Below are positions 13,301 to 28,300 of a DNA stretch of 64,000 bases, piece by piece (position 1 is the first letter of the stretch; each line of letters opens with the position of its first letter). The stretch lies in the NCBI RefSeq assembly GCF_964355755.1, contig NC_092678.1:12088352-12152351 (forward strand). The letters run 5' to 3'. A model generated the notes under the pieces. That model worked only from the letters and a program-made list of their open reading frames with translations. It made no database searches and had not been told where the DNA came from. This stretch comes from Antedon mediterranea. Lineage: Eukaryota; Animalia; Echinodermata. The translations under genes and the position numbers were made by a program.

Positions 13301-16300
13301 TTTGCCTATAATATATAGCACCCTCTGTATTTTTTCGATGAACTTGGATATTTTTGCAAGTCATTAAAAATTTTTTCCAGCAAAAAAAATGGCCCTCTAT
13401 AGTTGTATTATTGTCTTGAAAAAATGCGCCCTCTATAGTTATATTATATATAGTATAGTATATAATAGTATTTCTATCTTGGAAAGATGTGTTGAGTAGC
13501 GTAATGGCGGCCATTTTGAAAGTAACACAAATTTACCAGCTCCAATAGGGCAACATGGTGTTTATCACAACACGCAAAAAAAAAAATTCTGAAAAAATAG
13601 TTAGTTTTTGTACTATAGGGAATTTTTCGAAAATGTCAATATTTTCACGATTTTGCCCCAAAACTTTGATTTGTGCATAATTTTTATAAAACAATAAAAA
13701 TAATTCAATTTGTTTAAATATTTTTATTTGTTATACGTATCTTCGTCAATATCCAGTTCGAAAAACGTATTCCATAAGAATTTCTTATAGAAAATATAGT
13801 TTTTATCATTGATTTGATAAAAAACACGAAATCCAAAATACCTGTAATGACGTCACATGACGTCATCAATATGCAAATTACTTTTTTTTTAATACCTAAC
13901 TGTAGACTAACCCTTTGCCCATCACACACCACAAAAATAATTACACAATTATCTCAATTAGTATTTTTTTGCAATTAATTAAAATATAATATGTTTTACG
14001 CACAGAGGTGGGAATAACGCTTCGCAGTGAAAGGGTTAAACGGACACATTAAAATAGGAATTCTACTGTAGTGTATTCAACTAAAAAAAACATCTTATGA
14101 AAAGACATACATTTTATTTTATAATTAAAAATAGATATATTTACTTCTATAATTTGAGCTGTGTAATCTGTATTCACTGCCATTCCTTCCAGAAGTAAAT
14201 TGGTCACTTCTGAAGAATGCGTCATTGATTTCAATCTTGTGTTAAGATTAGTTTGTTTATCCGGCCAGCGAACATGAAACAACTCATTAAATAAAAAGAT
14301 TCCCTCAACACGCATGTAGTTTTCAGTGACCACTCCCGTTTTGTTTGTTAAAAGTGTGGTAATATTACCCATAATTCCATAGGCTTCATTGTTACGGACA
14401 AATATTTGATCATGTCGAATCTCCTATATAATTAAAAATTATTTTTTTAAATAATAAAAAAAAATTTGTTAATATATTATATCACAGTACTGTGTAATAA
14501 TTATTGTAGCATGATGTATAATCAAATAAATTGCACCTAGATATGAACAATTACAACACAAATTAATATAAACAAGAAAACACAATTGTTTCAAAATGCT
14601 TGGTAAATTATATATGTATGCATGTGGCAGGTCGTTTTATTCAAAGAAAAAATAAACGTCCCTGGGAGTTTATTCAAGGGGGCGTTTATTCAAAACGGGT
14701 GTGCAGTACTATGGGATCATTTATTCCAAGGTGGTGTGTATTCAAAGCGGGGTGTTTATTTGAATAAATACGGTAAATATGATAACAAAAACAAATCTTA
14801 CATGAGCTGACTGTTTGCAGATGTGCTGGTAGATGGAAGGTAAAGATGATGGGTAGGTGATTGTAAACACAGTGATGGTGACAATGATCAGGTCTACTAT
14901 ATCCTTCAGGTATGTAATATCCCAGCTCTCATCATCAGCAATGAATGTTTGGTAGCAATAGTTAATAATCAGAACCAGACCAATAATTGTACACAGGGCA
15001 ATAGCTGGCAATTACAAATCAATAATTGTATTAAATTAAATTAGAAATGTTTTCCGACTTATCTGCATAAATTATTACAACTTTGATCTCCCTACTTAGT
15101 ACATTTTCTTACACGCATAGGCGAACTGTGAGAAATCTCGGGAGAAAGCATAGTTGTGAGCTATTTGATTGGTCAGTTTAACACCAGGGCAATACAAGCG
15201 TGCATTAACAACTCGGAACAAAATACAGGTCTCTCATCAGGAACTTAAGAATAATTGAAAAAACAGCATTTGCCAGTTGTTCTTGGGTGGCATTCAAATT
15301 TATGGACTTTAATCCTTAAAACCTGTGTGCTTGATGGCTAGGGATAGATTCAAATTTGTCTCATTTTTTTGAGAAGAATTTTAAAATTTGATTAAAAAAA
15401 ATGTTGGAATACAAAATAACTATAAATAAACCATGCTCATCACATTTGTTTGGTAAAATAAAAAATTCCAACAAAATGTTCTGACAAATATTCAGTATTA
15501 ATGATTGTGATTACCTGCTATTAACACATAGTTTGAGATGATTTCCAAATCTTGCGTCAGGACACTTTTTTTCTCCTTCTTGTTCCTAAGCCGTTGGCTA
15601 CCAAGTGGTGAGTACACAGGAGGTGATGATTGTGTTGCAACCTCACTAGTGTTACCAGGCATATTTACATAAATATCATTGGCTGATCTTGCAATGTCTA
15701 AGAAAGTTATGAAAAATAATATAAATTCTTTTTGTATTTAATCCCTCCATTTGAAGAGCATGGGTTATTGTCGGTTTATCCAGGTAAGTTAGGCACGACA
15801 TAGACTGAATGTTCTTATATGTTGGTAGTAGACATTGGGAAGAGAAAACAAAGAGAACAACTATCTTTTGATAATCTCAATTAATTTATTCTCTTCCTGA
15901 TTTAACATAATGTAGAAATCTGATATTTCCTCTTTTGGTTTATTTACTCAATGATGATAAAATTATGACGATGATAACACATTTAAAAATTAATAATGAT
16001 ATTTTAAAAACGACACTTAAATCTATCAAATGGCATGTGAATGTTTAGATTTTATGGTTTAAATTAAAACTGGTCCTAAAGTTTTAATATTCTTAATTAA
16101 TACATGCAATTATAATTCTTAACATAATTGATTCTCATAATCAGCTTCATGTCTTTGTATTTTATAATATGGCACCTAAAGCTTGGCTTCCAATACAAGG
16201 ATATAGGCCCACCATTAGTAATTTGACCAATCATGATACGATGGATCTTCCAAAATCTCGCTTATGATTGGACAACACACCTGCATTGCGTCTACGCCGT

Positions 16301-19300
16301 TGCATTGTATAGTGGGAACCAAGCTTTACATTATAAATGCCAATCGATTTTCTTCCAAATGAAATCTCTATATAATAAATAGTATTTTATGATATGCATG
16401 CATTATTAACATCACAGGTATTTGTGTGTATGTTCACTAACTGTATTCATAAACAGATGGTCTCTCATTTTGGTTAATAAATAATTAATTTTATAAACAA
16501 AGCCAACCACCTCAATCACCTTTAATTTAATAATTGAAAACACATGCAAAAAAATAAATTACAATATAATATTGTATGAAATCATTCAATATTTAAATGA
16601 GAATAGTGACTACCTACTGCACAACAATTAAAGTTAAATTCTTTTTATAATAACAAAAATATGAATATTGAAAAACAAATTGTAAAATTATTCATATCAT
16701 AATCAAGAACTATAGAATTAAAAAGAAATGATAATAGTCTTATAACAAAATGCTCAAACAAAATTTGTGCAAATATGAATTAAACAAAAATAAACATATT
16801 AATGACACCAACTACTGTATAGTGTGTATAACACTTTGTAAATTTAAGTAATCTATAAATAAAAGGCAAACACAAAAAGTGTCCACTATGCACTCCGCTG
16901 TGTGACATCCGATCCGTCTGAATTTGGCACCAAATATCTTGCTATGGAGATGGAACGAAAAGTTTGAAAACCAAATATTTAATGAATTATGTCTAAAAAT
17001 AATTTTCAAAATCAAATGTGGAATTTCCAGAGGCCGTCATTCAATACCGTTCAGAGAGATGAGTCGATAGCTTATAAGGCACAATTTTCAAGTCAAAGAA
17101 AAGTGGTAGATTAAATTTTAATTCACTTCCATTTGTATTAATAAACATTTATAGGATGATTTATGTAGTCTTTATAAATAAATGTTATATTATATTTCTA
17201 AATTTGAAGTGTATATTTATTTGTTTTCTTTCTCCATTTTAATCTTAATGTGTGTAAATGTTGTTATGACACATTCAGGAGCACTCAGCTCAGCAGATAC
17301 GTGATGGAAATGAAAATTGCACCTATTCATTCTAGTAGTGGAAAACATTGGATTTGTGTGACTAATTTGTATAGTGAAAAATAGGCTTTAGTCTGGATAA
17401 AGTAATTGATAATCTGGTGTCATTAATATATAAGTTAATAAACGTGCATGTATGATCTTACCCCCTGAGTCAGGTGCATCAGAAGAGCGTGCAAATTGAT
17501 AATTAGGAGTAAAAGCACCATTAATGACTCCTCCTTGCGGAGTCTTACCAAGCTTAGTGTGGACACCAACTTGCAGTACCACCATTCGTGCATGTCCATC
17601 AATTATTTTTGATCCTACAAAGATAAAGATGTTTATTGTATCCCTTTGACACTGCCAATTGATGTCAGACAGGGAAAGTATAGTAATACCATAAATCTTC
17701 AAATTATTCTTTGATTGTTTTTTAGGGTGGGTTACTATTAGAAAGGCGTTACTATTAGAGTAGTGGGTTACTATTACTAATCGTAAATTAGGCACTTGAA
17801 AATAGTAACCCACCCCAACTATTCGGGTCAGCAAATCATAGCAAAATAATAAAACAGTACGAATAAACAAATTTGTTTGAACTCTAACTTTATTTTAAAA
17901 ACTCAAAAACACTCAATCCTCCCCCACTCCCGAGATCAACATGCATTATCTCCTTATTTTCAAAATATGGCTGCATCATAAACGACCAGTCTTCATAATG
18001 TCATTTTGTCAATAGTTTTTGTGACTCTAATAATATCCCCATGGGTTACTATTATAGTAGTGGGTTATTATTATAGATTGACTTATAAGATGGTGGGTGG
18101 GTTACTATTAGAAGGTGGGTTACTATTAGAAGGTGGGTTACTATTAGAAGGTGGTTTACTATTAGAAGGTGGGTTACTATTAGAAGGTGGTTTACTATTA
18201 GAAGGTGGGTTACTATTAGAAGGTGGTTTACTATTAGAAGATGGGTTACTATTAGAAGGTGGGTTACTATTAGAAGGTGGGTTACTATTAGAAGGTGGGT
18301 TACTATTAGAAGGTGGGTTACTATTAGAAGGTGGGTTACTATTAGAAGGTGGGTTACTATTAGAAGGTGGGTTACTATTAGAAGGTGGGTTACTATTAGA
18401 AGGTGGTTTACTATTAGAAGGGGGTTACTATTGTGTGTATGTTACTATTAGAAGATTTAGGGTAACATGGGTTGCTTTCTTGAATACAGTGTTCAGAATT
18501 AGCATACTTGTTCTATTTGAATGGTAAGCATTCAGTATGTACTACTAAAGCCAACCTTCCACTAAGCCAATCTGAAACCATCAGGTTAATATGCGTGCAT
18601 GAATACAGATTTGGAAGATAGAAACATGGATATGCATGCTCTTCGATATGCACGAACACATTTTCCTAGTGGAAAATCGGCTTTAATGTACATACCTAAC
18701 ACTAAACAGTAAATAATGTACATACAATACAGTACACAATGTAGTACATAACAGTAAATAATGTACATACAGTACAGTACACAATGTAGTACATAACAGA
18801 AAATAATGTACATACAGTACAGTACACAATGTAGTACATAACAGTAAATAATGTACATACAGTACAGTACACAATGTAGTACATAACAGTAAATAATGTA
18901 CATACAATACAGTACACAATGTAGTACATAACAGTAAATAATGTACATACAGTACAGTACACAATGTAGTACATAACAGTAAATAATGTACATACAATAC
19001 AGTACACAATGTAGTACATAACAGAAAATAATGTACATACAGTACAGTACACAATGTAGTACAAAACAGTAAATAATGTACATACAATACAGTACACAAT
19101 GTAGTACATAACAGTAAATAATGTACATACAATACAGTACACAATGTAGTACATAACAGAAAATAATGTACATACAATACAGTACACAATGTAGTACATA
19201 ACAGTAAATAATGTACATACAATACAGTACACAATGTAGTACATAACAGTAAATAATGTACATACAATACAGTACACAATGTAGTACATAACAGAAAATA

Positions 19301-22300
19301 ATGTACATACAATACAGTACACAATGTAGTACATAACAGAAAATAATGTACATACAGTACAGTACACAATGTAGTACATAACAGTAAATAATGTACATAC
19401 AATACAGTACACAATGTAGTACATAACAGTAAATAATGTACATACAATACAGTACACAATGTAGTACAAAACAGAACATTCTCAAATCAAATGCACCCAA
19501 TATTGTAAGTCTTATGTGCAATGTATGCACATCGGTTTTGTGTCTCACTAAACATGTTTATTTATCTGAAGCTCAGAGAGGACAGTTTAACTCAAGTACA
19601 AAATCTTTAAATCATTAGAAGTGCTTCACTACATCAATTAACATACAATGTCAATGGTTTAAATAATAATGTAGAAATAGATGAAATTTAAAATGAACAT
19701 TGAATGACTGTTCGTAATAAGATTTCCCATGTGAATAAAAAATGTTAAACATAAAAATACAGAGAAATGAAATTGTACACCCTGAAATGTTTACTTTAAA
19801 TAAATACCAAAATGTTTAAAAATTACCCAATTTTCATGCTAAATGTCATGTTTACAGTATTATAGAAATATCCCACAACACACGTTGAGTCACATGCAGA
19901 CATTTTGGCCAATAAGCAATAAGTATACATACATTTACTGATATTGAGTTGAAGCTTATTGGCCGAAACAAATTCTTGTCAATGTCATTTTTAGTAAAGA
20001 AAAAAAGTATTGAGTTTAATGAACTGTATTAAAAAGAAGTAAAAATACAAATACTGCAATCATATGTTAATTTCTTTTCAAAATAAACGATGATATTAAT
20101 GATGCTAACCTTTGTAGCAATAATTAGTTAAAGATGTATTGTCCTCCAAAAACATGAAAAAATGAAAGATTAATAAAATCAGATTTTAGATTTTGTAGTT
20201 TCACCAAAGTAAATCAGGAAAAAATAATGTTTTCACTTATAAAATGACAAAATAAATTGTTAAATTTAACCAAAACCAATTAGCTGGCAGCCAATTTGAC
20301 AATTTTTTGCTTTAAATTAGTTTTTTTCACTTAAGTAAATATTTTGTTTTTGGGGTCCATTTTTTGGTTGAAGTGAATAACTATTATGTGACATTAAAGT
20401 GGCAAATAAAAAAAAAAAATCCAAACAAACATTTTTTCAGGGGGACAATATCACAAAATGTTAAAATAGTTGCGCTGGTAGTCTGGGGTTACTTTTAAGA
20501 TTAAACATAAATATTAATGATATACCTTTGAGTAAGATAGCATCTCCATCTGCTGATTTGTCAACCACGGAATCACGTCTTGTCACACGGTATTCATTCA
20601 CTTTTACGTTACTACTATAGATAATTAGTCCATCAGCTGGAACTGTACTCCCTGAAAACAACAGTTTGTATTTAGTCAGCCTGACTAAGTTCAATTTTCA
20701 ACAATTGTTAACTACAAGTTCCAGTCTCTAAACAATGCAGTCATTTTCTTTAAAGCTTAAACATTGAATAAGCATAAACAGTTTTTAATTCTTAATCACT
20801 CCCCACCCTCCTCAAATTCTGAGGGAAAAAATATATTTTAACAAACTCTTCAATATTATAGTAAAACGTCTACCGCTTGGCCAGTCCGTGTGTGGGGTAC
20901 GTTTTACTATTACCCCTTTCACACCAAAAGCAAAACTCCGGAGACACCCCGGATTTGACGTCCCGCTGTTTGGTGTGAAAGATAAAATCAAGCAACTCCG
21001 GAGTTTAAAACTGCGGGGTTGAACAGCTGAACATTCTCCGGAGAGCGAACTGCGGGGACACCCCGGTGTTTTGGTGTGAAAGGTACCAACATCAAACTCC
21101 GGAGTGTTTCGGGTCAAAAGGTCATCCTCACACGATCACTCATTGCTTTAGTTTTATTTCAAAATACTTTAAATATTTGTACAAAATATATAGCGGGTTT
21201 AAAAAATAATTAGTAGTATCAATAAAACATTATATTACTTCTGAGACTTTTGAAAGTAATTATTAAATTAAAAATATTGTTAATTAAAATTATTCTAATG
21301 ATCGTCGCTATGTAAACAAACAAAATAGAGGGCGACATTTACAATTTTATTTTATAAACCCCGGTGTTGCTAGGTTGGTGTGAAAGGGGTATCTCCGGAG
21401 TTTCTCGACGTTTTGAATGGTCATAAACCCCGGGGTGTCTCCGGAGACACTCCGGGGTTTTGGTGTGAAAGGGGTATTTGTTCGCGGTTTGCATATATTC
21501 TATGCTACAATTTATCCTTTGGATTTTTGAAGTTATATTTAGATCATGTACAAAAATTGTATTCATTAGTGACCACTTTAGGAAATTTACCGCAAGATTT
21601 CTGTATGCCTAAAATGCTCTAAAACGCCAGAAAGTTCGGGGCCATCAGCCCCTAGACCGCTGGTGCTGCCATGGGTTTAAATATGTTCTAATTCAAACTT
21701 CTTCAGCTACCAGAGGAGCATAATATTTTCCAATACCGAATACAACCCGATACTTGAGCATCATCATACCTACTGGGCTAAACTCACACACAAGGCATTG
21801 GTACATTTTTAAGCAAGGTGGGACTATACTTATCATACAGTAATATTGTTTACAATTTATTTGTGTAAATTTAATGCATTCATAGTAGTAGTACATACCA
21901 CATTTAACATAAATAATATCACCAACAACAATCTCGTCTCTTGGCTGATACGCTCCAGCGCTTCCACGTATAGTGTAAACCTGCGCCATTGAAAATAGTT
22001 TGCGCTTCCTTTGGGTTATGGCATACTGTTCTTCAAGAAAATAATTGCTGACAACTTGAAACATAAAGATGAAGATGGCGAGTAAGCATAAACAAATTGC
22101 TCCGACCCAGCCAGCCCTCTTGCGTTCTTCCAATTCTAAATACAAGGAAACTGTAAAGTAAAATGTATTTGATTATTAAAGGATTTCATAATCCTACATC
22201 AGGATAATAGTTTGGAATAGTTGTACATTCATTTTGAGGTACTATACTGTATTTTTTTAAAAGGTTTTCCACAAGCCCCTTAAGCACTTTGGTAGCTCGA

Positions 22301-25300
22301 TATGTGTATTATTACTGTAGCTCTGGTTTGTTAAAAATATATCCCTTTATCAACATTACTTTGAGGTGTAATATACAACATTCGAGATCCTCTGAAATAA
22401 TCATATTTTTTCGCACGGACTAGTAAATACAGATTCTGAGAGAAAAATAAAATGTAATACCATCAAGGATGCATTCAGAACCAAAAAAAAGAATATGCAG
22501 TACTGTACCTGTATATATTTGTTAAATAAATACATTTTTTTAAAATCATAAGTGAGAAATTTAATTTCAAATCCATATCCATATTCAATTTGCTGTATTT
22601 TTCATTTTAATGCTAATGCACTTTTACACTTTTAAGGCTATCTTAGGGTTTACAGTAGGTTAAGCTTCTGTGAACATGACCCTGATCCTAAGGATAATCA
22701 TTATCAGTAGGTGCAGAAGTACATTATTGCCAATCCACTTTGCATCTCATTCTCAGACACCATTCCAGTCCCCACATTTTAATTGAGGATCTTGCTGTGA
22801 ATATTCTTTTTTTAATATTTATATGATTATTCACTTATTGTAGATTTTTTAAAAAGGTATAAAGTTTTAAATTATAGTTTGTTAATTATACTTACATTTA
22901 ATGACATCACTTTCAGCAAAAGACAAACCAAAAGAGACAACCGCAAGGACCATAATCAACACGAGACGCAACTCCTTTAGCAGCTGTGACTTGATGATAT
23001 TCCATAAGCTGCCATGGACACCCGCTTCCTCTACCTCATACAGGGAGTTATTCCCATATAGTTCTTGACGTTTCAACACTTCTTCTTCTACAAGATGGCT
23101 AATTCCTATAAGAAGATTAAACAATTTTTTATTAATTTTAATTAAAAATTTTTCTTTAGGATTTATTATAATCCACAATGAAAATAATGCAAACAAAATG
23201 AACATGAAATTAAAAATTACTATTTAAAAAAAAAAGTCAGATTTACTTCATGTGCACTCGGAGCCTACATGATTCACTCACACAATGTGATTCTCGGAAT
23301 CATCCTGCATTTCCGCAGCCATACAAAATTATCGGTTAATTTTTTACCCAACGCAACTCGTCCTTCAGGTTGAAGGTTTATTTATCTGATAATTATCTGA
23401 TTTTTATCGATTAATTTTTGGCTGCAGAAAACAGCCTTAAAATAATAATACGATCAAAATAAAATTCTATCCTTATATATATTCAACTTTAATTATAAAT
23501 ATTAAAATAAACTGTATAAACTAGATGGTACGCTCGCGACCATCTAGGTCGTGCCCACAGATGGTTCTCGAATACATACTAATTTCAGCGTTAAAAAACT
23601 GGCGATTTCAAATGTACGTACCGCAGGACAATAATACATGTCGTTTACAGGAACGAATAAATAGACACTGTGATTTATGTACTAAAATTAGCACCCTGGG
23701 AATTACTTCCGAAAGAGAAACTTGTCACAAAATGAGACAATTGTTTAAGTCAAATTAAAACAAACTTAATTTGTGTTTTATATGTAACATTAGGGTTGAG
23801 GTATGGGGAAGAGGATGGCTGCAAAGAGGAACAATTTTTAAATATATTCTTTATCCATTTAGTAATGAAATATTAATTGTTTTCATGTTTTACAAATAAT
23901 ATACCACTAAACACAGTAAAACATTGCGATGTAATACTTTGTTGAAACTATCACCGTCCTAGTCGATTGAAAAGTACAGTACGTGTAACGGTACATCACT
24001 ACGACGTGTATATGTTTATATAATGTAAAACAATTTGTGAAAACCACCTCTATTCAGGGAAAATCACAAATTCGATTTAATCGTCAACAAATATTAAATT
24101 ATCTAACTCAACTTAATTAGTAGGCCTAATGGTTTTCAATTGTTTCTTAGAGCTAATTCATACTTAAGTTGGTTTGTGATGCACTGTAGGCCTATCCTCT
24201 ACTGGCTTTACAATGCTACTCATGCCAGTGAGGGAAGGGTAATGATGTGGGTGGTTTAACTGCAATAATAAAGATTTGTACATAAATATACGGCGACTGA
24301 AAACGCTAGCTCATTATCCGTTTAAGAAAATCTATATCCAACCTCTGCAGCACAGAATGGATCGAATTTCTGTTATGAGTATACAGTACTTGCCTTTACG
24401 ACGCCTGAGGGAATAGACACTTGTGGAACAAAGATTGGAATGTTCCATTCATCGCAAATCAATACATTTGTATAAACGTATATTAAATCTATCAAAATAG
24501 TATTTTTTAAAGAAAATCGGCCTGTCTTCAACATTATGATGCTGTACTCGAGCTGTTCAACCGGTTTTCAGCCATTAAAAACAATTATCGTAGGAGGAGA
24601 TAGGAAAATGCGAAGCATCCTCGTATTATTGTCTGTGGGTATTTTTCAAGATGGACATCCATCAGACAGTGTATACCACGATCGAAAAACACCCCTATTT
24701 GGGGCAAATCGTTGAACCTAAATTCGTTTTAATTGTCAATAACTAATTATCGAACTCAATTTAATTAGTAAACAGGGTTACATCAGGTGGTTAAAATCAG
24801 TATCGAAAGTACGAACCAACTTTATATACCATCGAGTAAACATTCTAGAAATAACGCACGATTTACCGAATTTTGCCTTTACGTAAATTTATATATAGAT
24901 ACAGTAATATAGGAATACAAAATAACATTGAGTTTAGCCTGTAAAGTTGACATTTGATAGAAAAAATAGGGGAGGGGGTCGAAGAGAGAGAGAACATGGA
25001 TAAAAATCTGGGACATAGGAAAATGAATACCAGATCAAATATGTTGTTGTGATACAGTACCTTTACTTAATAAGCCTTGAGCTATTATAGTTTCGGTTTA
25101 CAGTTTTATTTCTTTATTATTGTTTTAATACTATTTCCTATATGGGAAAAAACAAACAAATATGATATGAGATCTCCGTTGCTTGTTCGCACATGTAATG
25201 TAATGGTCGTGTGCCACTCCTCCTGGGTAGAAAATTTGAGATAAACCAGCTGTGTAAAAAACCTACTAACATTGCTGGATTTTTCAAATTAGAACACAAG

Positions 25301-28300
25301 ATGATTAAAACACAAAATAACGAGAACTTGAGTGACAAGTTGACCTTAAAAAGATGATTTTTGGATGTAGCCTCTGTACATAATAAAAAAATCAAAAAAA
25401 AAAATCAAATTAATCGGCTGGATTTAATACCATTATTCATCATTAGTTGTCAATATGTATGGTTGCACAAGGAAAATAGTGTATAAAACTGGCTATTCCA
25501 CTGTAGTTAACCAGCAACAGGGGTCTCGTCGTCACATGAGATAACCGGAATAACATTAAAATTTTGACTGGGGTCTCTCAAGCATGAAATATGACCTTTC
25601 TGGGTAAATTTCAGTAAACAGATGTTTCTTCTTGGCAACCAACTTAGTCGAAGAGACCAAATCACATGTCATCATCAGATTCCTCTTCTTTCTTGGCTTC
25701 TTCTTTCGTTTCTTTTGCAGGGGCATCACCGGCACTTACTCCACTAGCGGCTACAGCAGGTGCTGCTGACGCACTGCCTACATTGCGGATCAGGTCCCTG
25801 ACTAAAGCTCCTTCATGAGCCTTACAAATACAAGTGTATTTATCTTTTCAGTAGTGATGGCAACATCATCATCAAGAAGAATTAGGGCACTGTCAACACA
25901 AGTTAATTCAGAAGTCGAAGCCATTTTATATTAATTAGTTATCAAAGAACATTTCTTTGATAAATTTAGAATTCAATCTTGATTTTTATTTTTTATTCAA
26001 TTTATTCAATATATCGTAATCGCAGCACAAGGCTAAATTAAACAATATTAACACGATAATGTACTAATCAAAAAGACAAAAAATCTATAAGACTAAAAAT
26101 ATAAAAATATAAAGGTACAAAAAAATATACAAAATAGAAAATTTACCAAAAAAAGCACTCCTGCACGCGAGGAGAGATGACGACCAATAAGACAAGAATC
26201 ATTTGTCAGAACAAGAATTAATAGGAAACCACTCTTTGAAGGAATTGGAACGGACACATCGATGTGCAAATTCTTTACATAATTTAATTCTTCTCGTATC
26301 AAGCGTCTGAAGATTAGTACTTTTAAGGGCGTTAAGATATGTTTCGTACTTAGGTCCCAATATAAACCGAAGCGCTCTTTTTGAATTTGCTCAATCATGA
26401 GAGACTGTTTTATAGTTAATACAACTATGCCACGCAAGCATAATCTACGGCTACTATAAGAAATCATATTTCTAACAAGAGTATCCCATCTTAAATTTGC
26501 TTGAATAGGGATACCGAGAATTTTTATTTCATGCACAAAATCCAGCACTTTACCACCTATAACTAAGTTTGGAGGATCGGGAGGGTGTTTTTCAAAACAA
26601 ACTTGCAAGGCTTTACATTTTGATGGATTGAGTAGCCCAATTGTCTAGATCACAAACGTCAGAATCAACAGAGGTGGGATCGCTAGCACAACGGACCTCA
26701 ACAAGGCTAACATTGTTAACATACTTAAATTTAGATGATTGGGCGTTTACGGCAGCATCGTTAATTATAATGTTAAAAATAATTGGTCCAAGCTTAGTGC
26801 CCTGAGGGACGCCACAAGAGAGCCGCGCGTTACCCATTCAGAGAGTTCTGAATGGTAACGAACTCTTTGGCGTCCGTTGGAAAGAAAGTCAACTAACCAG
26901 GGTAATATTTCATTTCGAACACCAAGATCAAAAAGGTTTTGGATTGCAAGCGTATGATTGACGGAATCAAAAGCCTTGGTGAAGTCAGTCGCTACTAACG
27001 TACCGACTGTGTTTGGTTTGTCAGAGCCTTTATAAAGAGTATCCAACATCTCAACCAGACAGTGAGTTGTTGAAGATCCCTTAATTCCACCTAATTTATG
27101 ATGATCAATTCGGGGGAAGATATCGTTACAGACTCATTTACAAAAAAACTCCTCACAGACTTTTGCTAGAATCGACGTGAGGGATATAGGGCGAAGATTA
27201 GAAACAAAAGCAGCTTTCAATTTAGGGATAGGGGTAATAGTGGCGTCTTTCCACACTTAAGGAATGGAACCTTGGGCAAGGGATGCATTAAGAATACTAG
27301 TAACAGGGATACTAAATTCGCATGCAAATTCTTTAATCAATTTTCTAGGAAGTCCATCGGGTCCTGGGCTTTTCTGGCATTAATTTTGGATAAGACTGTG
27401 AACATTTCCCAAATTTGAATCTGGTGGGGATGTATGGTTGGAAGGTAGGCTGGAAGCTTATGGCGTTCAATTAGGCGGCAATTATGTGAGATTGAGGCAA
27501 AACTCTGATTGATTGCCTTAGAAATTTCAAAGTGGTCACTTTGGGGGACTCCAGGAACTGAAATGTTAGGATGGGATTGCAATTTATTGCTCATAATTTG
27601 GATTCTTTTATGCCAATTGGATGGATCATTCTTTTTTAAATTTGAAAAGTGGTCTTGATAAAAGGATTTTTTGCTGATTATTGATAGAGAAAATGATTTT
27701 GTTTCTAAGGAAGCGCAACAGGTACGTTTTGTTTTGGCAGAAGGCTACTTGTCGCTTTTTAATGAGAATCTTAATTTCTGGGGTCATCCAAGGTTTGTCA
27801 TTAGTATGCATTTTAGAAGTTTTTAGTGGAAAGTGTTAATAGCGCTATTGACTGTATGATAACATAAATCAGCCTTAGCTTGGGATGACTTAGCTTCTAG
27901 GACTTCAACCCAAGATTGGCCAGTTATCCACCTCCCAAATTTAAACATACGATGCTTAGGCATAGGTCTAACAATACTTTTCCTAATACTACCAATTAAT
28001 TTAAGGCCGCTCGGGGACCAAAAAACAGTATTATGGTCTCTATTACCAATTGGTGCACCATGCAACAACAGGTTTGAAGGCAATGGCAGTTAAATATTTA
28101 GTTTTATATTTAATTTTGATTTTACGTCACAACCTCAATAATGAACAAATGCAAATCCAAGGAAGGTTCCACAACCCATTCTCAAAATTTTAGATCATGG
28201 TAACATGATTATTATTAGTCATATCATGGCCTTTTATTTTGTATTTGATCTTGAATTGAATACAAGCTGTATTATTATTATTATTTTAATTTTTTAAATT

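Noticed and set aside
14343-14345. A-to-I editing rescuing the pump (AAC->GAC)
   Set aside because: It could fix this codon but not TGES, PEGL or GDGxND, which differ by several non-A/G changes.
18006-18527. 173-aa (LLLEGG)n ORF
   Set aside because: By-product of an 18-bp minisatellite.
18586-19548. Cys/Tyr-rich ORFs open in three frames
   Set aside because: By-product of a 45-bp repeat lacking stops on one strand; no splice or homology support.
23518-24900. Possible mobile element starting with the hairpin ctagatggtacgctcgcgaccatctag
   Set aside because: Could not define the other end, a TSD or any coding remnant.
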